Position numbers and translations under genes: made by a program. The notes under the pieces are model-generated. The model ran no database searches. It had not been told where the DNA came from and saw only the letters and a program-made list of their open reading frames with translations. A stretch of 64,000 bases of DNA from Octopus vulgaris (lineage: Eukaryota), in contig OX597838.1 of assembly GCA_951406725.2 (NCBI GenBank), positions 42,346,001 to 42,410,000 on the forward strand, in the 5' to 3' direction. Shown here piece by piece: positions 32,401 through 46,224 of the stretch (positions are counted from its first letter, which is position 1; every line of letters begins with the position of its first letter).

Positions 32401-33041
32401 GGGTCCTTGTTTCACTACCATACACATTATCATCATTTAACGTCAGTCTTCCATGCTGGCATGGATACACACACAAATATACATACAATGGGTGTCATTC
32501 AGTTTCTGAGTGGGACAGAACCCAACATCACATGGTTGAGAAGCAGGCTTCTTAACCACAAAGTCACACCCACATGTAATCTACAGATAAATGAACAGAT
32601 CTATTGGAATCGGGCCACTACAGTGATTTTACAATCTGATTAATTAAGCTGACACTTCCTAAATAAAAGGTCCAATCTTTATTAAAAAAGTTACAAACAT
32701 TTTTACATATTGTTGGCAATATATAGATTAAATTACTGATGTCATCAAGTTCATTTTAAATTATTTTAATTCTTGTTACAAAAAACATGGAAAAAATTAA
32801 CTGCAAATTCTAGAGTTTGAATTCTGCTATAGCCATATTTCTATTTTATCTTCCTAAAAGGTACAATATTTTGTTTACCAGTTAAGTTTAGCATAATTGT
32901 CAGAAAGAAGATTCAAATATAGAATATTTTTTTTTAACTACACTAAAACTGATGAATGGATAAAGAAATAAAATGTATTAAAATTATTAAACATAAGTTA
33001 TTTTTCAGAAAATGGTAGCATATTAGCATTATGACAAATCC

Positions 33042-33459
33042 TTAAACCATTTGATACCATCTTACCTGAAACCACTCTTGGTTCTATGAGACAAGCTTAT
33101 TTTAAAATAATCTAAGTTTAACCCTTTAGCATTTAGACAGGCCATGTCCAGCCCAGATATTCTATCTGCTTTATGTCCAAACCAGCCTGGTCCAGCTTCA
33201 TACACCTATCCTGCACATCATTCTACAAGTAAGCAATCACATCATCAGCTACAAGATAATGCATGATTAAATAAGCATTACACTTGATAGTCATCTGAAT
33301 ACTAAAGAGTCAAAACCTTCTCTCATGATTTCATGTCAAGTTATATTCTCAACATCAGCTTAATTAAAGATTAAGTTGTTTTACTAAATTCTTCATTATT
33401 TTTAAAATCAATTAAAACAAAGGAATAGTATTTCAACAGAAATATACCAAAAAGGTTAA
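33042..33459. mobile_element. piggyBac-type MITE (family D) containing a nested family E MITE at 33122-33309
   Basis: Outer TTAA...AAAGGTTAA element is collinear with 18105-18303 and 55885-56062. The inner element CCCTTTAGCATT...AATACTAAAGAG sits at TTAA 33118-33121. Confidence 0.72.
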
Positions 33460-36400
33460 CAGCACCAAACCCTGCTGGGCACAGACTGGTGGTTTGACAG
33501 GATCCGACATGTTGGAGGATGATGCCTTGCTCCAATGTCAGTTTTGGCACAGTCTTTATGCCTGGATGCCCTTCCTTAATGCCAGCCATTTTACAGAATG
33601 CACTGCAAGTTTGTTTTTTGTTTTGTTTTTGAAAGCACAGCAACTCTTTGCATGTTAACTTTCTGAAGGATTGTAAGGAAGCAAATTAGAATATGCAAAA
33701 TTATAAAACAGGCCAACATTTTCAAGCTTACTCATCATACGGCCTATACTAACAGCACCAATTTTTTTAGCAGATGGTAACTTAATCATTCAGAGATTCT
33801 GGTTATAAAGTATCTGGTGCTTCAAGTCATTTACCAAATAAAAGAAAAATTTGCAGTGAAAGACACAAATATTTATAACTGAATAAAAAAGACATTGCTG
33901 GTAATTTTTTTTTTTAATATTTTAATTTGAAAGACATGATAAAACTAAAAAAAATTATTATAAAGAATATAATTTAAGAACTAACCAACCCCACCAAAAA
34001 TTAAAGTTTTACTAAGCACAAACATTTTAAGTGCCCACACTGATATAAAATTTAATTTATTGACAAACACACGCATATACAAAAATAGAATTAAAGTTTA
34101 TTCTCAGTACAAAATCAAATCATCAACCACATTTTTCTGATCCAGCATTTTACACAAAGCACCACTGAAAGAGACTGATGCTGCTAACTTTGCAAGCTTA
34201 ATTACTATAAAGTGAACCCCACCCCCATCCAGTTTAGAATGAATTATCATTTATAGTAATTAATGAATGTTATGCTCAAATGAAGCAAAACCATATTATT
34301 ATTATATATATATAGATTGTTGGATACAGACCAGATTCAACACTTTATTCTGTTCATTCATCATTGATGAATTCTTGTATAAGTCTACCAATGTTGAACT
34401 ATGGTAGTGTGGGTTAAATTTTCTATTCCAGCAAATGGCTATTATCTTCTTTTAAGGTATATGCAACAAAATTGACTTCTGCATTAGGGTTAATTTGACA
34501 AATATTTAACTGCTATTAGCAGTAGGCCAGATAAATGCATAAGTTATTTGCCTGTAAATTATAATTTTAGTTTGTGAAATTGTCTACTAATGAGCAATCA
34601 TTTTGGAAATGGACATACATACATTGAAGCACCTCAATTCTAATGAAACCTCTTACTAATCCATATATGTGTGTATATATATATTTATTGATTAAAAAAA
34701 AATACAATTTTGACACAAAGCAAACGGAAAGATGTAATAGAGAAATGAAAACAAAATCACTTTTAAGCAAGAATTAAATCAATATCAGACATGACTTAGT
34801 GAAGATTACATTCTCAAATTATCAGACATTGTTTTTGTTTAACTCAGTTTAAAGAGCAAGTTGAGAAGATGAAAGATGAATCATGTACCTTTCTTGGTAT
34901 TAATTAGCAAAGTGAAGTGGAATGGCATTAAGATTCAAAATTGCCACACAAGAACTGTTTTATTTTTTTTTTTTTGTGAAGGTACCAAGTAAAATCTAGT
35001 AGTGAAGGGGTATAATAAATTCCTGATACCCATTCTCTTACAGAAATATCCAATATATATTTTATCATTCAGTGATGAAAGATGACAGATTTAGAGCCAT
35101 AAAAAAGAAGTTACAAATTAGCAAGCAGTCTGACATCAATTGTATTTGGGAGATGCCAACAATCTCTGTCAATACTGAAGAGAGAAAAGTTACTTTCAAT
35201 GGTCACAATTTAGCTGAAACTATCATGTTTACTGTTTTAATTATTATCAAAATTAGTATGCAAATCAAACTGAAAACATCCCACATGTACAAAATATCAA
35301 AAGCCAAAAAAAGATAGACGGGTTTCAATAATTTTCTCCATGTCAACAGCCTGATGTCTTTCCTGCTGTTATTAACTGCTGAAGTACTTGCAGCAAAAAC
35401 TTTATTATTCCAAGAAAATATGTACAAAATATTTTTTACAATGGTATCCTTAGCAAAATAAGCCTCCAAATTCAAGAAAAGCATTCAAAGTGTTTGAGTA
35501 TGCATCTCCATACTTTGTGAAGAATAATAAAGTTGACAAAACAAACATTGAATCAATCTACAATGAATAAATAGGCTACTGTTAAAAGTACAAGAGATAT
35601 TTAAAAGAATGACAGAAAATGTAAATAAGAAAACAATAAAGCAGAAAAAAAAAAGATAACTCTAGAGGGCTCGTTTCGAATGCGGCTTCAGTTGAGCTTT
35701 TACACACAAGAAAACTGTACAAGTGTTTTCAAATATTTAAATGTGTATTTTGAGTTGGAAAAATAAAAAAAAAAGAATAACTTGCTTTAATTTAGTGAAG
35801 AGTTTCTAGTTGTGATTGCAGACTGGCTGCTGTCTGGCTGAATAAGCTAAATGTCAAATGGTTTACTTCATTCTTCTTTTGCTGAATACAAGTGGATCAG
35901 TCTGACAAGACCATTTGTCCTTGGCAGGTATACATAAGAAACAACAATCACACAATCCAGCTAAGCCTGTTTCACAATAGAGATTATAGCTAATAATAAT
36001 AATAATAATAATAATCTAAAGATAACACAGACCAATGCTTCACACTGCCAGCCAGAAAAACATGATGCATACATATTTATAATGCAAAAAACCTTGGGAA
36101 ACAATTCTTTTGACATTTTGCTTCTAATTTGCATTTAATCTACAATACTTGTATACATGACATTTTATAGCTTAATACAAAAACACTAATTAATTATTAA
36201 TGTCTCTGTCACAAGGTATTGTTTAAATTTATATTAGATACAGTTCTGAAACTGTACAGTAAGCTTTCATTTTAAATCATTACTGAAAGCTGGAGTGTGC
36301 AATATTAATTGCCAAGACAGGTTCCTTTTAAGATGAGAAAGTGGTTGGAGTAAATTAAGAAATTTCATTGCTAGCTGTTTGGGAAGTACTACAATTGTTT

Positions 36401-37663
36401 TAAAAATAAAACATAGCTCACCCAATATAGTAACTAAATACAGCTGAGTGAGATCTTATTACTTGCTGTTGAATCAATTTTTAAAATGTTTAATAAGCAC
36501 TTCAACATTTTAGCATCAATAAAAATGGACACTAGTGAACAAATACCAACAAAAATTTCATGTGGTCATTCAGTCTCCAAACACACACAATTGATGGTAC
36601 TTCACAACACCAGGGCAGTGGAGTTATTGAAGCCCAACTCAATGTACAGACTCCAACAAAATGGAAATTGTAATATGTTAAAAATTTCCCATTTCAGGAA
36701 CTAATTCAACAATTTTCTACACAGAAAATAATCAAATGAGCTTCTTTGAAAGAGAAAGTTCTGATAAAAGGTTTTCATTTTGGATCATTTTTTAAAAATT
36801 TTTTTATTCAACTCCCATTCTACAGCTACACCTATACAGTATTGGTTTCTTAAACTTTTCAATCTTTTCGTCACTTCAATTTTATATTCAATGCTTTTCA
36901 TCTTGAAAATAAGGGTTGTTATCTGAGATGGTTTTTATTTTTATAGTTTGTTCCTTTTGTAGCTTTGTATTAACCTTTTAATAAAACAGCCTCTTTTTAT
37001 GATTAATTGTAATTTCTTTAATAAATATTTAAAAAACAAAAAGGGCCACTCCAACATAATAGAGGCTTGATGGCTGATTCACTAAGCAGTTAAGTCTGTT
37101 GGGTGCTTTCAATCAATGCATGGTTAGTTTAAGTTAGTGGGACCTTAAGTCAAGCAGTTAGCATAAAAAGGACTCCAAACACCTGTACATTAAGAGGTAA
37201 GCTAAAAAAAAAACAACAGAAGCCAGAACACATAAACATCGTTAAATGCATCAATGCAACAGATTCAAACATATATTTAATTAGGTTTTCAAATATACAT
37301 TTAACAAAGATAATATTTAAGTGACTCCTCCAGATTCTTGCTGGGTACAAAAGTAGGATTCTTATTCTATTGCCAATACAAGAAAGAATCTGATGGAATC
37401 ACAATTATATTCAATCAAACAATACCACTAGGTATTACCTAGTGGCTTTTTTTTTAGCTCATCTTCACCTCACCCCAGACATCAAACATCTTTTAATCTT
37501 TTCCTTTCCCCCATGTCACTTCTTTAAAGCCATTTACTAACATGACCTAACAATTCCATTCATGAAATACTTATGTCATTACAGTACTATTTCTAACAAA
37601 GTATATAATTGTCAGGTTCTTCTCTGCAATAGTACAACCAAACCTGCACTGCTTACTCTAAGG

Positions 37664-37942
37664 CAGTGTTTCTCAACCATTTTACCCTTGCGTAACTCTT
37701 AAATTACAGGTCTCGAGGAACACGTGCATAAAAAAAAAACTTATATACCATGTCTTTCTCTTCGTAGTTCATGTGGTAAATATCATATATATATGGTTGT
37801 TATATTTTTTGATAACATAAAAGATTAGATAGGATGATATCTATATTACCAATATGTTGTGCACGTATAGCAATATTATGATCATGAAATTAGCATTAGC
37901 TTATCTCACTCTTCTTTGCGGAACCCAGGTTGAGAAACGCTG
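37664..37942. mobile_element. hAT-type non-autonomous DNA transposon (MITE)
   Basis: TIRs CAGTGTTTCTCAACC / GGTTGAGAAACGCTG with a perfect 8-bp TSD CTCTAAGG (37656-37663 and 37943-37950). Confidence 0.9.
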
Positions 37943-39267
37943 CTCTAAGGAGTTGCTCAAGTTTTTTAACACAGAGTTTTATTTTTTCTCCACCATGTGG
38001 TTTCAGCCCCACTGCATGGCATCTTGGCCAACCAAAGACATTTAAACAGTTTATTAGACAAATGAAAGAAGTCTGTCATGTGTATATATATATATATTTT
38101 TTTTTATTTATATTTACAATAATCTGGTGATCTCTTTTCTCATCTAGGCCACCTGATTATAGTAGACAAGTGTCATTGCCATATAAATGATGTCACTCAT
38201 TTCCAATCTTAAAAACAATGTCCAGTAATGATAAAATACTGCCTTGCTCACAAACAAGGGCTGGCAACAGGAAGGACATCTGGTAGTAGAAAATCATGAA
38301 AAAGTGGACATCAAAAAAGATGCTAAAACATGACTTGCTTTTTATTTTTATTATTTCTTTTAACATGATCAGCCATTGTAAGTTTGAATTTATACATTTT
38401 CCCCACATCTGTTTTTCTTGATCATGTTAAGATATTCTCTCTAAACTCCTCAACTGGAAAGTGCATTCATCTGGAGTTTTCATATAAATTTGTGTGTCAC
38501 TGCAATCACCTTGCAATATAAAAGATAAATCTGATATGACAAAAATTATGGGCCCCTAGACTGATTCCCGAAGTACTTCACTGCTTATGCTTTGCCGATT
38601 CAATCTTGATCCCTTTACAAATACACAAAGTTTCCTTGCAAGGTAGGAAAGCTTCAATTCATGACAAAACATTTCCTTCAAAACCAATTACAGTGTAATT
38701 GGTATAGTTTATAGATTAATTCTACGTAACAGAACATCAACAAAAGGTCTCACTAAAATTCAAATGGACTCATCATACTTTTTACTTTTCCTCATACATC
38801 TGTGAACAATCTTTCATTGCTTTTAATAAATTTGTCAAACATGAGCAACAAGGTACAAATCCATCTTGATAATTGCCCTCAGGAAGTTAGTTATTCTCAA
38901 TAATGAAACTCGTTATGTTTCTTCTTACAATATAATTTCAAATATCTACATGTTTTTTTGTTTTGTTTTTTTCTCTTAGTGACTTGTGAAATGTGATAAC
39001 ATTTAAGACTTAAGAATTTCAGGAATCCATTGACAGCCTCAAAATTTTCTTGACCAATCACTCTTCCACTTGTACATCATTTGACTAGATGTGCTAAGAT
39101 ATATATCAAAAGAGCACTCATTTTTTAAGCAATGATTTTATGGACTCATCTCTCTCAATGAACATTGCACCAAGAAATTAAATCCTTAGCACTTCACAGT
39201 TGGTTTTTTTAGCAAATTGCTGTGAGGGGCATTTTATACCCAATCACAATTATTCTTTTTGTGGCCT

Positions 39268-39484
39268 TTAACCTTTTAGCATTTAAACCAACCACATCTG
39301 ACCAAAATAATCAGCCTGTTTTATCTTCGAAACAGACAGATCTGGCCTTTCATACATCCCCTACAATATTATTCACAAAAAAAAAAAAAAAAACCAGAGC
39401 TACAAGGTGTTGCTTGACTCGTTTCAAATCAATGTAAAGAAATAAGCATTACATTTGACAGAAATCTGAATGCTAAACGGGTAA
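39268..39484. mobile_element. piggyBac-type MITE family E
   Basis: TTAACCTTTTAGCATTT...GAATGCTAAACGGGTAA. Confidence 0.65.
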
Positions 39485-42318
39485 AGATTTCCTGTTATTG
39501 AGGTTTTGCTCCAGCCACCTAACATCTTCCTTAGCCCACACATCACAGAAAGAATTGCTGTGACAAAGGAGAATTTAGCTTCAAGAAATTTACATAGTTC
39601 TTTGTTTTTCCTATACAAGTTGTATTGCTTCCTTAATCCATGGTATCTCTTTCAGCTAACAACAACGACTTGAAAGACCACTGAATACTGTAGACCCAAA
39701 TACACTGGAGATGACTAGAATGTCTGATCGGCACTATCAGGGCTGACCCTGACAACAGCAAAGCAAAAAAAGTACTTACTATTTCGAGGGGTGGGGGCAA
39801 AATACATGTTGAAAATGTCATGAATTTAGTAGAAGCTATTCAGAGTATAAGGTAGGGGGCACGGAAAATCTGGAATGAAATAGCTTTCTGACAGAACTAA
39901 TATCTAAGTTGATGAGGGATCTGCTAACAGTAATACAAAACAGCGGGAAACTGGATTCTTAAAATTTCATTATAAAGAATAACAGAGCATCATTGTGTAA
40001 TCACATATTCTACAGTTTTACAAAATGGATAAGAGGAGAGAGCAGATGGTTTTAAAATAAAACCAAAATGACGAAACTTGTGTTGAAAACAAGGTACATT
40101 GCTTAACTGATGATGACTTGCTAGGTCCAAGCTTCTAAATAATTTTCTGAGACTAAAATAGAACTGAATAAAATCATTTGCTTCCATTTAACAAGTGATT
40201 AACCAAATTATTTAACAGACAATAAGCAGTAGAAGCTGAATGTAGGTCAAATTAATTTGGGAAAGTTTGGCTATCAACCAGTCAATAATAAACGACCTTC
40301 ACAGACGTGGTTAGTCTGGCCTCAAGGAAGGAGGAATCAACACAAATCAATAATGAAGATGGGGAAGAGAGAGTGACTTCGATTTGTATTTTAAAAGTTG
40401 GCTGAATCGAGGTCATCTTCGTTGTGTATGTCTGTCCGGATATTAAATTTTAATTAATATCAGGAAACACAAATATTTCAAATCAACGGACTTTTGCTAC
40501 AACCGTGTGAGTGGATGTTCTAGTTTCTGCATCCACCATCCGTGGTATTCTGGTTGTTTTTTCTTTTTTTCTAGAGAATTGTACATACACAAATGTTAAT
40601 TACGGGGAGATCTTCCAGAGCAATTCAGTTTAAAATCTCTCAACTGCAATAACCACTAGAGGATGCCACAACAGGCACAAAGCGTGCAAATGATAATAAA
40701 AATTAAAAAAACAGAAAAACTGCACAACCATTTTAAATGATACAAGTAAATTTTGGCAGCCAAAAGGAATGCCTCAACTATTTTGGGAAAGAGGACGAAA
40801 AAAGAAAACGAAAAGAAAATGAAGACAGAGTCGTGGATTTACTGTTAATTTTCCTCCTCCATCATATTTTTATTTTTTATATTTAATTAGACAGTATTAA
40901 AAAAAAATACCTGGAATAATACAAATAGTAAAAATAAAACAAATGCTTGCACTGAATCTGGTTTTCTAATTATTATTATTAGCACCTGCCAGCACAAAAT
41001 CTAAACATAAAATGCATCTAAAGATATGTGCATATTATGATTTCCTGCCAGCAATTAATAAGTAAAGAAATGAGAACAATGAATGATCAAAACCAAAAGA
41101 AATGCCGAGAGTCAACAATAGCAGCAGTGCTGGGTAAAAATAGCAGATTATTGAGCCATCAAGGTTGTGTGAGGTAGGTAACACCTACCTAGATCAGTAA
41201 CAAGTACTCCAGTTCTACCATAATATATATAAATATATAAATATAGTAGACATGGTGGTGGTGGTGGTGGTGAAGGAAGTCGGTTACTAGATCAAGTTGT
41301 CTTAATTGGTGACGGCTCCGGTCAAGGATTTACTAAATCTCCCATCACACAGTCTTCGAAATATATTTCAAAATGAAAAGACAAAAAAAACCCTTTAAAC
41401 CTTCGTTTAATTATTTCCCTGCCAATATTAACAATAAAGAACATTTCGTTGTCATTTGAATGTGAAGTTCGTTACTTTTTCTTTTTCCTGTCAAAACCTC
41501 TTCTTCAACAATATGATGAGTAAGGAATGTCACTATTACTCATCGAGATGCCATTTAAGGGGGGGGGTGATCGTTCCATTTTCCTTCACAACACACATCA
41601 GTCGTTCCCCACGAGACCAAAGAGAAAGAGGGACGGTAAAAAGTAAGATAAAATATTTAAAAAGAAGAAAAAAAAGAGTGGCACAACGATTTCAGAAATT
41701 CAATATTTTTTGTGTGTGTGTGTGTGTTGTTTTAATTTATAGAGATCAGGATTAAAAGGAGGAAGAATTTATAGTGAAAGAAATAGATGTTGAAATGCAG
41801 CGAAGCACTTGGACGATGATTAGATGGTGCTTGGCGCGCTTAAGTCGAGCTGGAGGAGGAAACTTAAAAGTCCTTGAAGCTTCTTCTCCTCTCATTGCTG
41901 CTGGTTGAAACGGTTGTGGACGGGCTTTCGTGATCACCCAGACACAAGCATTCATACACACACTTTCAAATGGGCGCAAAGGCGACACACACACATATTA
42001 CACCAATGTGTAACATTATACATTTGAATGTATAGACCTCCTCGTATAACATTTTAAATGAGCAATGTGTATAAAAGCTAAACACTTACACCAAGGAGTA
42101 ATATACACACACACACACACACATATATATAAAATCTACACGAAGGTAACAGACATATACATACAAATGAATGCAAAATACACTGAACAGTATACACACA
42201 AACTTCACTTAAATATGCTATGTGCACAAAACCTAAACATATATATATGTACACTGGTGAGTAACATCAGACTTAGGTAGAATACATTATACATACATTG
42301 AAACAATCATTTTATATA

Positions 42319-42352
<34 letters not shown>

Positions 42353-43424
42353 CATGTATGTATGAAAGAGCTTTAAATGTGCAATGGAATAGCGCAAATA
42401 TGTTGAGAAGATGAGATCTGAAGCAATAGATTGCGATCTATTATTCTACCTGTCCCCAAGGATTAAACATTGAACATTGTAAACAGCTTAAGGGTGTTTA
42501 AATATTAAGAAAATAATTCATTTGGAAGCCAGAAGAGTTGGATGGCGGAGGAGGGGAGAGAGAGAGAGAAGAGTATTGAGGTTAAGAGGAAAAGAGATGC
42601 ATTTCGAATGAAGTGGATTTGAATAAAGAAACGGAAGCAAATGGAGATGGTTTGAATGGTTAAAAATGCGCTTCGGAAATGTTGTGAGTGAAGAAAAGGT
42701 GAGCGTCAGTTTGAGTTGGATTATGGCGAGAATGGTTTGGAAGGAAGAAGATGGGAAATGTGCTGCGACGGGCGACGAGAGGAGGAAGGATTCTCATTGC
42801 TGCTATTTATTATTATATTCACGTTGAGCAGAACAATAAGGAAACGGTGGGCGCCAGAAACGGAATCTGGAAACGTTTCAGGATCGGAGACTGTTAATTG
42901 AAGATTTATAAATGAATAAAGTTGAAATGTTGTTAAGAATTGGCGGATAAAACTGAACAAAAGAGCGAGGTTGCGTACGACGAACTGGAAAAGGAGGACT
43001 GCGGGTGGAATTGGAGCTGAGAAAACGGTTCAAGAGGAAGAAATGGGTATTTCTATGGTAATACTCTTCGAAGGACATCGTTTGAAAGAAATGAGAGGCG
43101 AAAAGGATGAGCTTTTGGCTTCGAGTTTGGGCGAGAAATGTGGCAGCGATGGATGCAAAAATAGATTCGAGTCGGATATGGAAACCGAAGAATAAAACGA
43201 AACCCAGAAAAATGGCTAAAGGCTCACAGATTTGGCGTTACACTTTTAATAATAAACACATAGTTCACATAAATAACTCGTGCAGCACACTAATAAACCA
43301 TTTTCCACCGTCCCAAACGATCGAGTCGGGGTTTTTTTTCTTTTTACTTTCTCATCAAATCACAAGGAGGGGGGGGGAAACAATAGTTGCTCGAAATAGA
43401 AAAGATACAAGCGGTGGACTTTAC

Positions 43425-43476
43425 CTTCTAGTAATCTTGCTATAATACTGTCAATGTTCAGTTTATCATCGGCCAT
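43425..43476 (-). CDS. PPP1CA: PP1 catalytic subunit, coding exon 1 (MADDKLNIDSIIARLLE + 1 nt)
   Basis: Reverse complement reads ATG GCC GAT GAT AAA CTG AAC ATT GAC AGT ATT ATA GCA AGA TTA CTA GAA G|gtaaag. Matches the PP1 N-terminal LNxDSIIxRLLE motif; 52 nt, phase 1 joins exon 2. Too short for the ORF track. Confidence 0.95.
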
Positions 43477-43479
43477 TCC

Positions 43480-43745
43480 ACTAAGGATCTTTCTTTCGAA
43501 AAAAGGTAATAAATTGTTAGCCAAAGGTTGCTCCACTCAGATGATCGACGATTATTAAGTCAACTAGTTGCTAACAGACATATACAACCTTATAACAAAA
43601 TGGCGTAAGAGTACCGGTTGCAGCACGCGTATGAATACACGATATTATTGGCTAACATTGACCTGGCGGTGATTGGTTAATCGGTTGCTCCACACTGCTT
43701 CATGGCGTCGGGAACTTTTCAAATGTTTATACGCCAATAACTATT
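43480..43745. promoter_or_regulatory. PP1 5' UTR/core promoter, probably bidirectional
   Basis: Locally CpG-richer. YY1-like AAAATGGCG at 43597-43605 and CATGGCG at 43701; CCAAT boxes at 43647-43651 and 43672-43676 (- strand) and 43734-43738 (+ strand); no obvious TATA box. Confidence 0.6.
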
Positions 43746-44315
43746 CGCTTCCCTTAGTTTTAATTCATTTATAGAAGAGGAAAAAAATTACTGAATTGTC
43801 TTCACAAACAAAACTAATTTGATTTTGTTTTATTTCAACACATATAACAGACGTTACAGGTTGATTAATGATTAAAGTCCCAACACAGGGTAACCCAGCT
43901 TCTAAATCACTAACATACATTAAGTTAGTGTGAACTACTTTTTAGATATTTAAAATAACACGAACAATTACGAAGAGCAGAGGCGGAAAACGAATTATAT
44001 ATGGAATTAAATTTTTGTAATATTTATTCATTTAATTCATTGAAAAAATATTTAAATTGATTTTATATTTTAACAAAATAATAAATGAAAGGAAAACTAA
44101 AATATTAATATTTTTGAAAAAGCTGCCACTCCACCAGCAGCAGACAATCCCTGTCGTCTGTTGTCATTAATTTAGTTGACAGGCCAACAACAACAACTGA
44201 TGGTTGCTATATCATATTATATAAATATATATATAGCAACATGTAGATTTTAGCAGATATATATTTAAATGTTCGACAGATATCCTATAAAACAAAATAC
44301 TCACTTTAATTATCA

Positions 44316-44334
44316 ATGGGTTTAAAAAGAAAAG
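44316..44334 (+). CDS. Candidate first coding exon of the divergent gene (MGLKRK + 1 nt)
   Basis: ATG GGT TTA AAA AGA AAA G|gtgagc, a strong phase-1 donor, 840 bp from the PP1 ATG. Confidence 0.3.
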
Positions 44335-44424
44335 GTGAGCCTCTTCCAGTATATTATCTTCTAATTTAAACTTTGATTCATTTAGAAACTTTCAATTAAG
44401 GTTCATGGTAAACAGTGTAGTTAA

Positions 44425-44765
44425 GTTATATATACACATATATGTGATCTGTGTGTGTGTGTATGTATGTATGTATTCACACACACAGACGTATAAATGC
44501 ACACATGTATATACACACATATATATAGGCAAATTTATATATGTATATTCATGTATGCATACATATATATGCACACACATTTACATGTATAGATATATAT
44601 GCCTATATATATATACAAATATACACACACACACACATATATATATGTGTACATACACACATATATATATATGTGTGTAAATACACACACACAGATATAT
44701 ACCTGCATATAAATGTATACCTATGTATATAAACATATCTATAAATATAAGCAAATATACCCCAC

Positions 44766-44840
<75 letters not shown>

Positions 44841-45106
44841 ATGTGTATAAGGAGAAAAACACGGACCTCTGGCCTGTCAGGTCTTGCTTAATTTTCCAAA
44901 CTTTGCCTGCATTAAATGATGATATTAATTGTATATGTGTGTATGTATGTGTGCATATATGTATATATATATATATGTGTTTGTGTCTGTATATGTATAT
45001 ACATATATTACATGTATATATAGATAAATATGTGTGTGTATGTGTATATATATGTGTATATACATATGTGTGTATATATATATGTGTGTGTGTGTGTGTC
45101 TCTCAT

Positions 45107-45167
<61 letters not shown>

Positions 45168-45268
45168 CTACAGAGGCCATGTGCCAACAGATTTTGAGGT
45201 CTGATGATACGCTGTAAAGCTAAATGCTTTATGGACATGAAACCCAGTGTAATCCCATTGACCAGCCT

Positions 45269-45335
<67 letters not shown>
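44425..45335. repeat. Compound (TA)n/(CA)n/(TG)n/(CT)n microsatellite field
   Basis: Directly visible. Similar tracts at 714-750 (TGG), 5340-5548 (CAA/TAA/CAT), 11143-11201, 29840-30030, 57990-58125 and 61662-61744. Confidence 0.95.
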
Positions 45336-45336
<1 letters not shown>

Positions 45337-45364
45337 ATGTAAATAGCAGCTGTGAAATCGTAGT

Positions 45365-45562
45365 TGTGGCCATTGCTGGTGTCAGGTGCTGGTGGCACAT
45401 AAAAAGCACCCATTACGCTTTCGAAGTGGTTGGTATTAGGAAGGGCATGCCAAACCAGACTGGAACCTTGTGCAGCCCTCCAGCTTACCAGTTGCAGTAA
45501 AACCACCTAACCCATGCCAACATGGAAAGTGGATGTTAAATGATGATGATGATGATGATGAT
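45365..45562 (+). mobile_element. RTE-tail-type retroposon (family C), ending in (GAT)n
   Basis: AAAAGCACCCA...GTGGTTGGTATTAGGAAGGGCAT...CCATGCCAACATGGAAAGTGGATGTTAAATGATGATG. The same motif chain recurs at ~90-220, 2810-2977, 6940-7140, 23490-23650, 30930-31560, 33470-33610, 48845-48950, 51205-51540, 55140-55350 and 63800-63890. Confidence 0.7.
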
Positions 45563-45589
45563 GAAAAATTATTCTTTGTGACTTCATAG

Positions 45590-45709
45590 TTTCATCTGGC
45601 AAAGCCATCTCTGGACTGTCTGATGATCAGCTGGCTGAAACTTTGAAGTTACTGTCAATACTATTCTTGTCAAAGAAGACTAAATTTGTTCTCTACCAAA
45701 ATTTATTGT
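45590..45709 (+). CDS. Candidate exon of the divergent gene (VSSGKAISGLSDDQLAETLKLLSILFLSKKTKFVLYQNLL)
   Basis: ttcatag acceptor, open helical-looking peptide, phase 1-1 compatible with neighbouring candidates. The donor T|gtaatc is weak. Confidence 0.4.
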
Positions 45710-45766
45710 GTAATCTTTCATTCAGTTTAATGTAAAATCCTTTTTATTATAGCATAAAAACAAACA

Positions 45767-45808
<42 letters not shown>

Positions 45809-45844
45809 GAATTGACCCCAGCACTCATTTTCATTTTGAGTTTG

Positions 45845-46140
45845 GTACTTACTCTATCAGTCTCTTTTGCTGAACCACTATGTTAAGGGGACATATACAC
45901 ACCAACACCAGTTGTCAAGCAGTGGGAAGGGACAAACACAGGCATACACACATACACGTATATATATGTGTGTGTGTGTGTGTGTGCATATGATGGGCCT
46001 CTTTCAGCTTCTGTCTACCAACTAAACTCACAAGGTCTGAGGGAATAGTGGAAGGCACTTACTCAATGTGCCATACAATGGGACTGAACCCAAAACCTCA
46101 TGGTTGGGAGGCAAACTACTTACCACATAGCCATCCCTAT
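45845..46140 (-). mobile_element. SINE family B copy
   Basis: Collinear with 11930-12220 (GGTACTTA..CTATC...GGGACTGAACCC...CTTACCACATAGCCA). Confidence 0.78.
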
Positions 46141-46224
46141 ACCTGTTCTTACTACACAGCCACACATGATATAAATATATATATACATATGTGAAAGACA
46201 TAGTACAAGATGCTAAGAGAAACC

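Noticed and set aside
41172-41260. Possible alternative PP1 first exon (CCACCATG Kozak, TAG|GTAGGT donor inside the hairpin AGGTAGGT-aac-ACCTACCT)
   Set aside because: The ATG frame hits a stop and does not join exon 2 in phase; the Kozak match comes from a (CCA)n repeat.
44392-45506. Many ORFs rich in Y/I/H/T/V/C (also 29658-30083, 57847-58326, 61487-61926)
   Set aside because: They are translations of (TA)n/(CA)n microsatellites.
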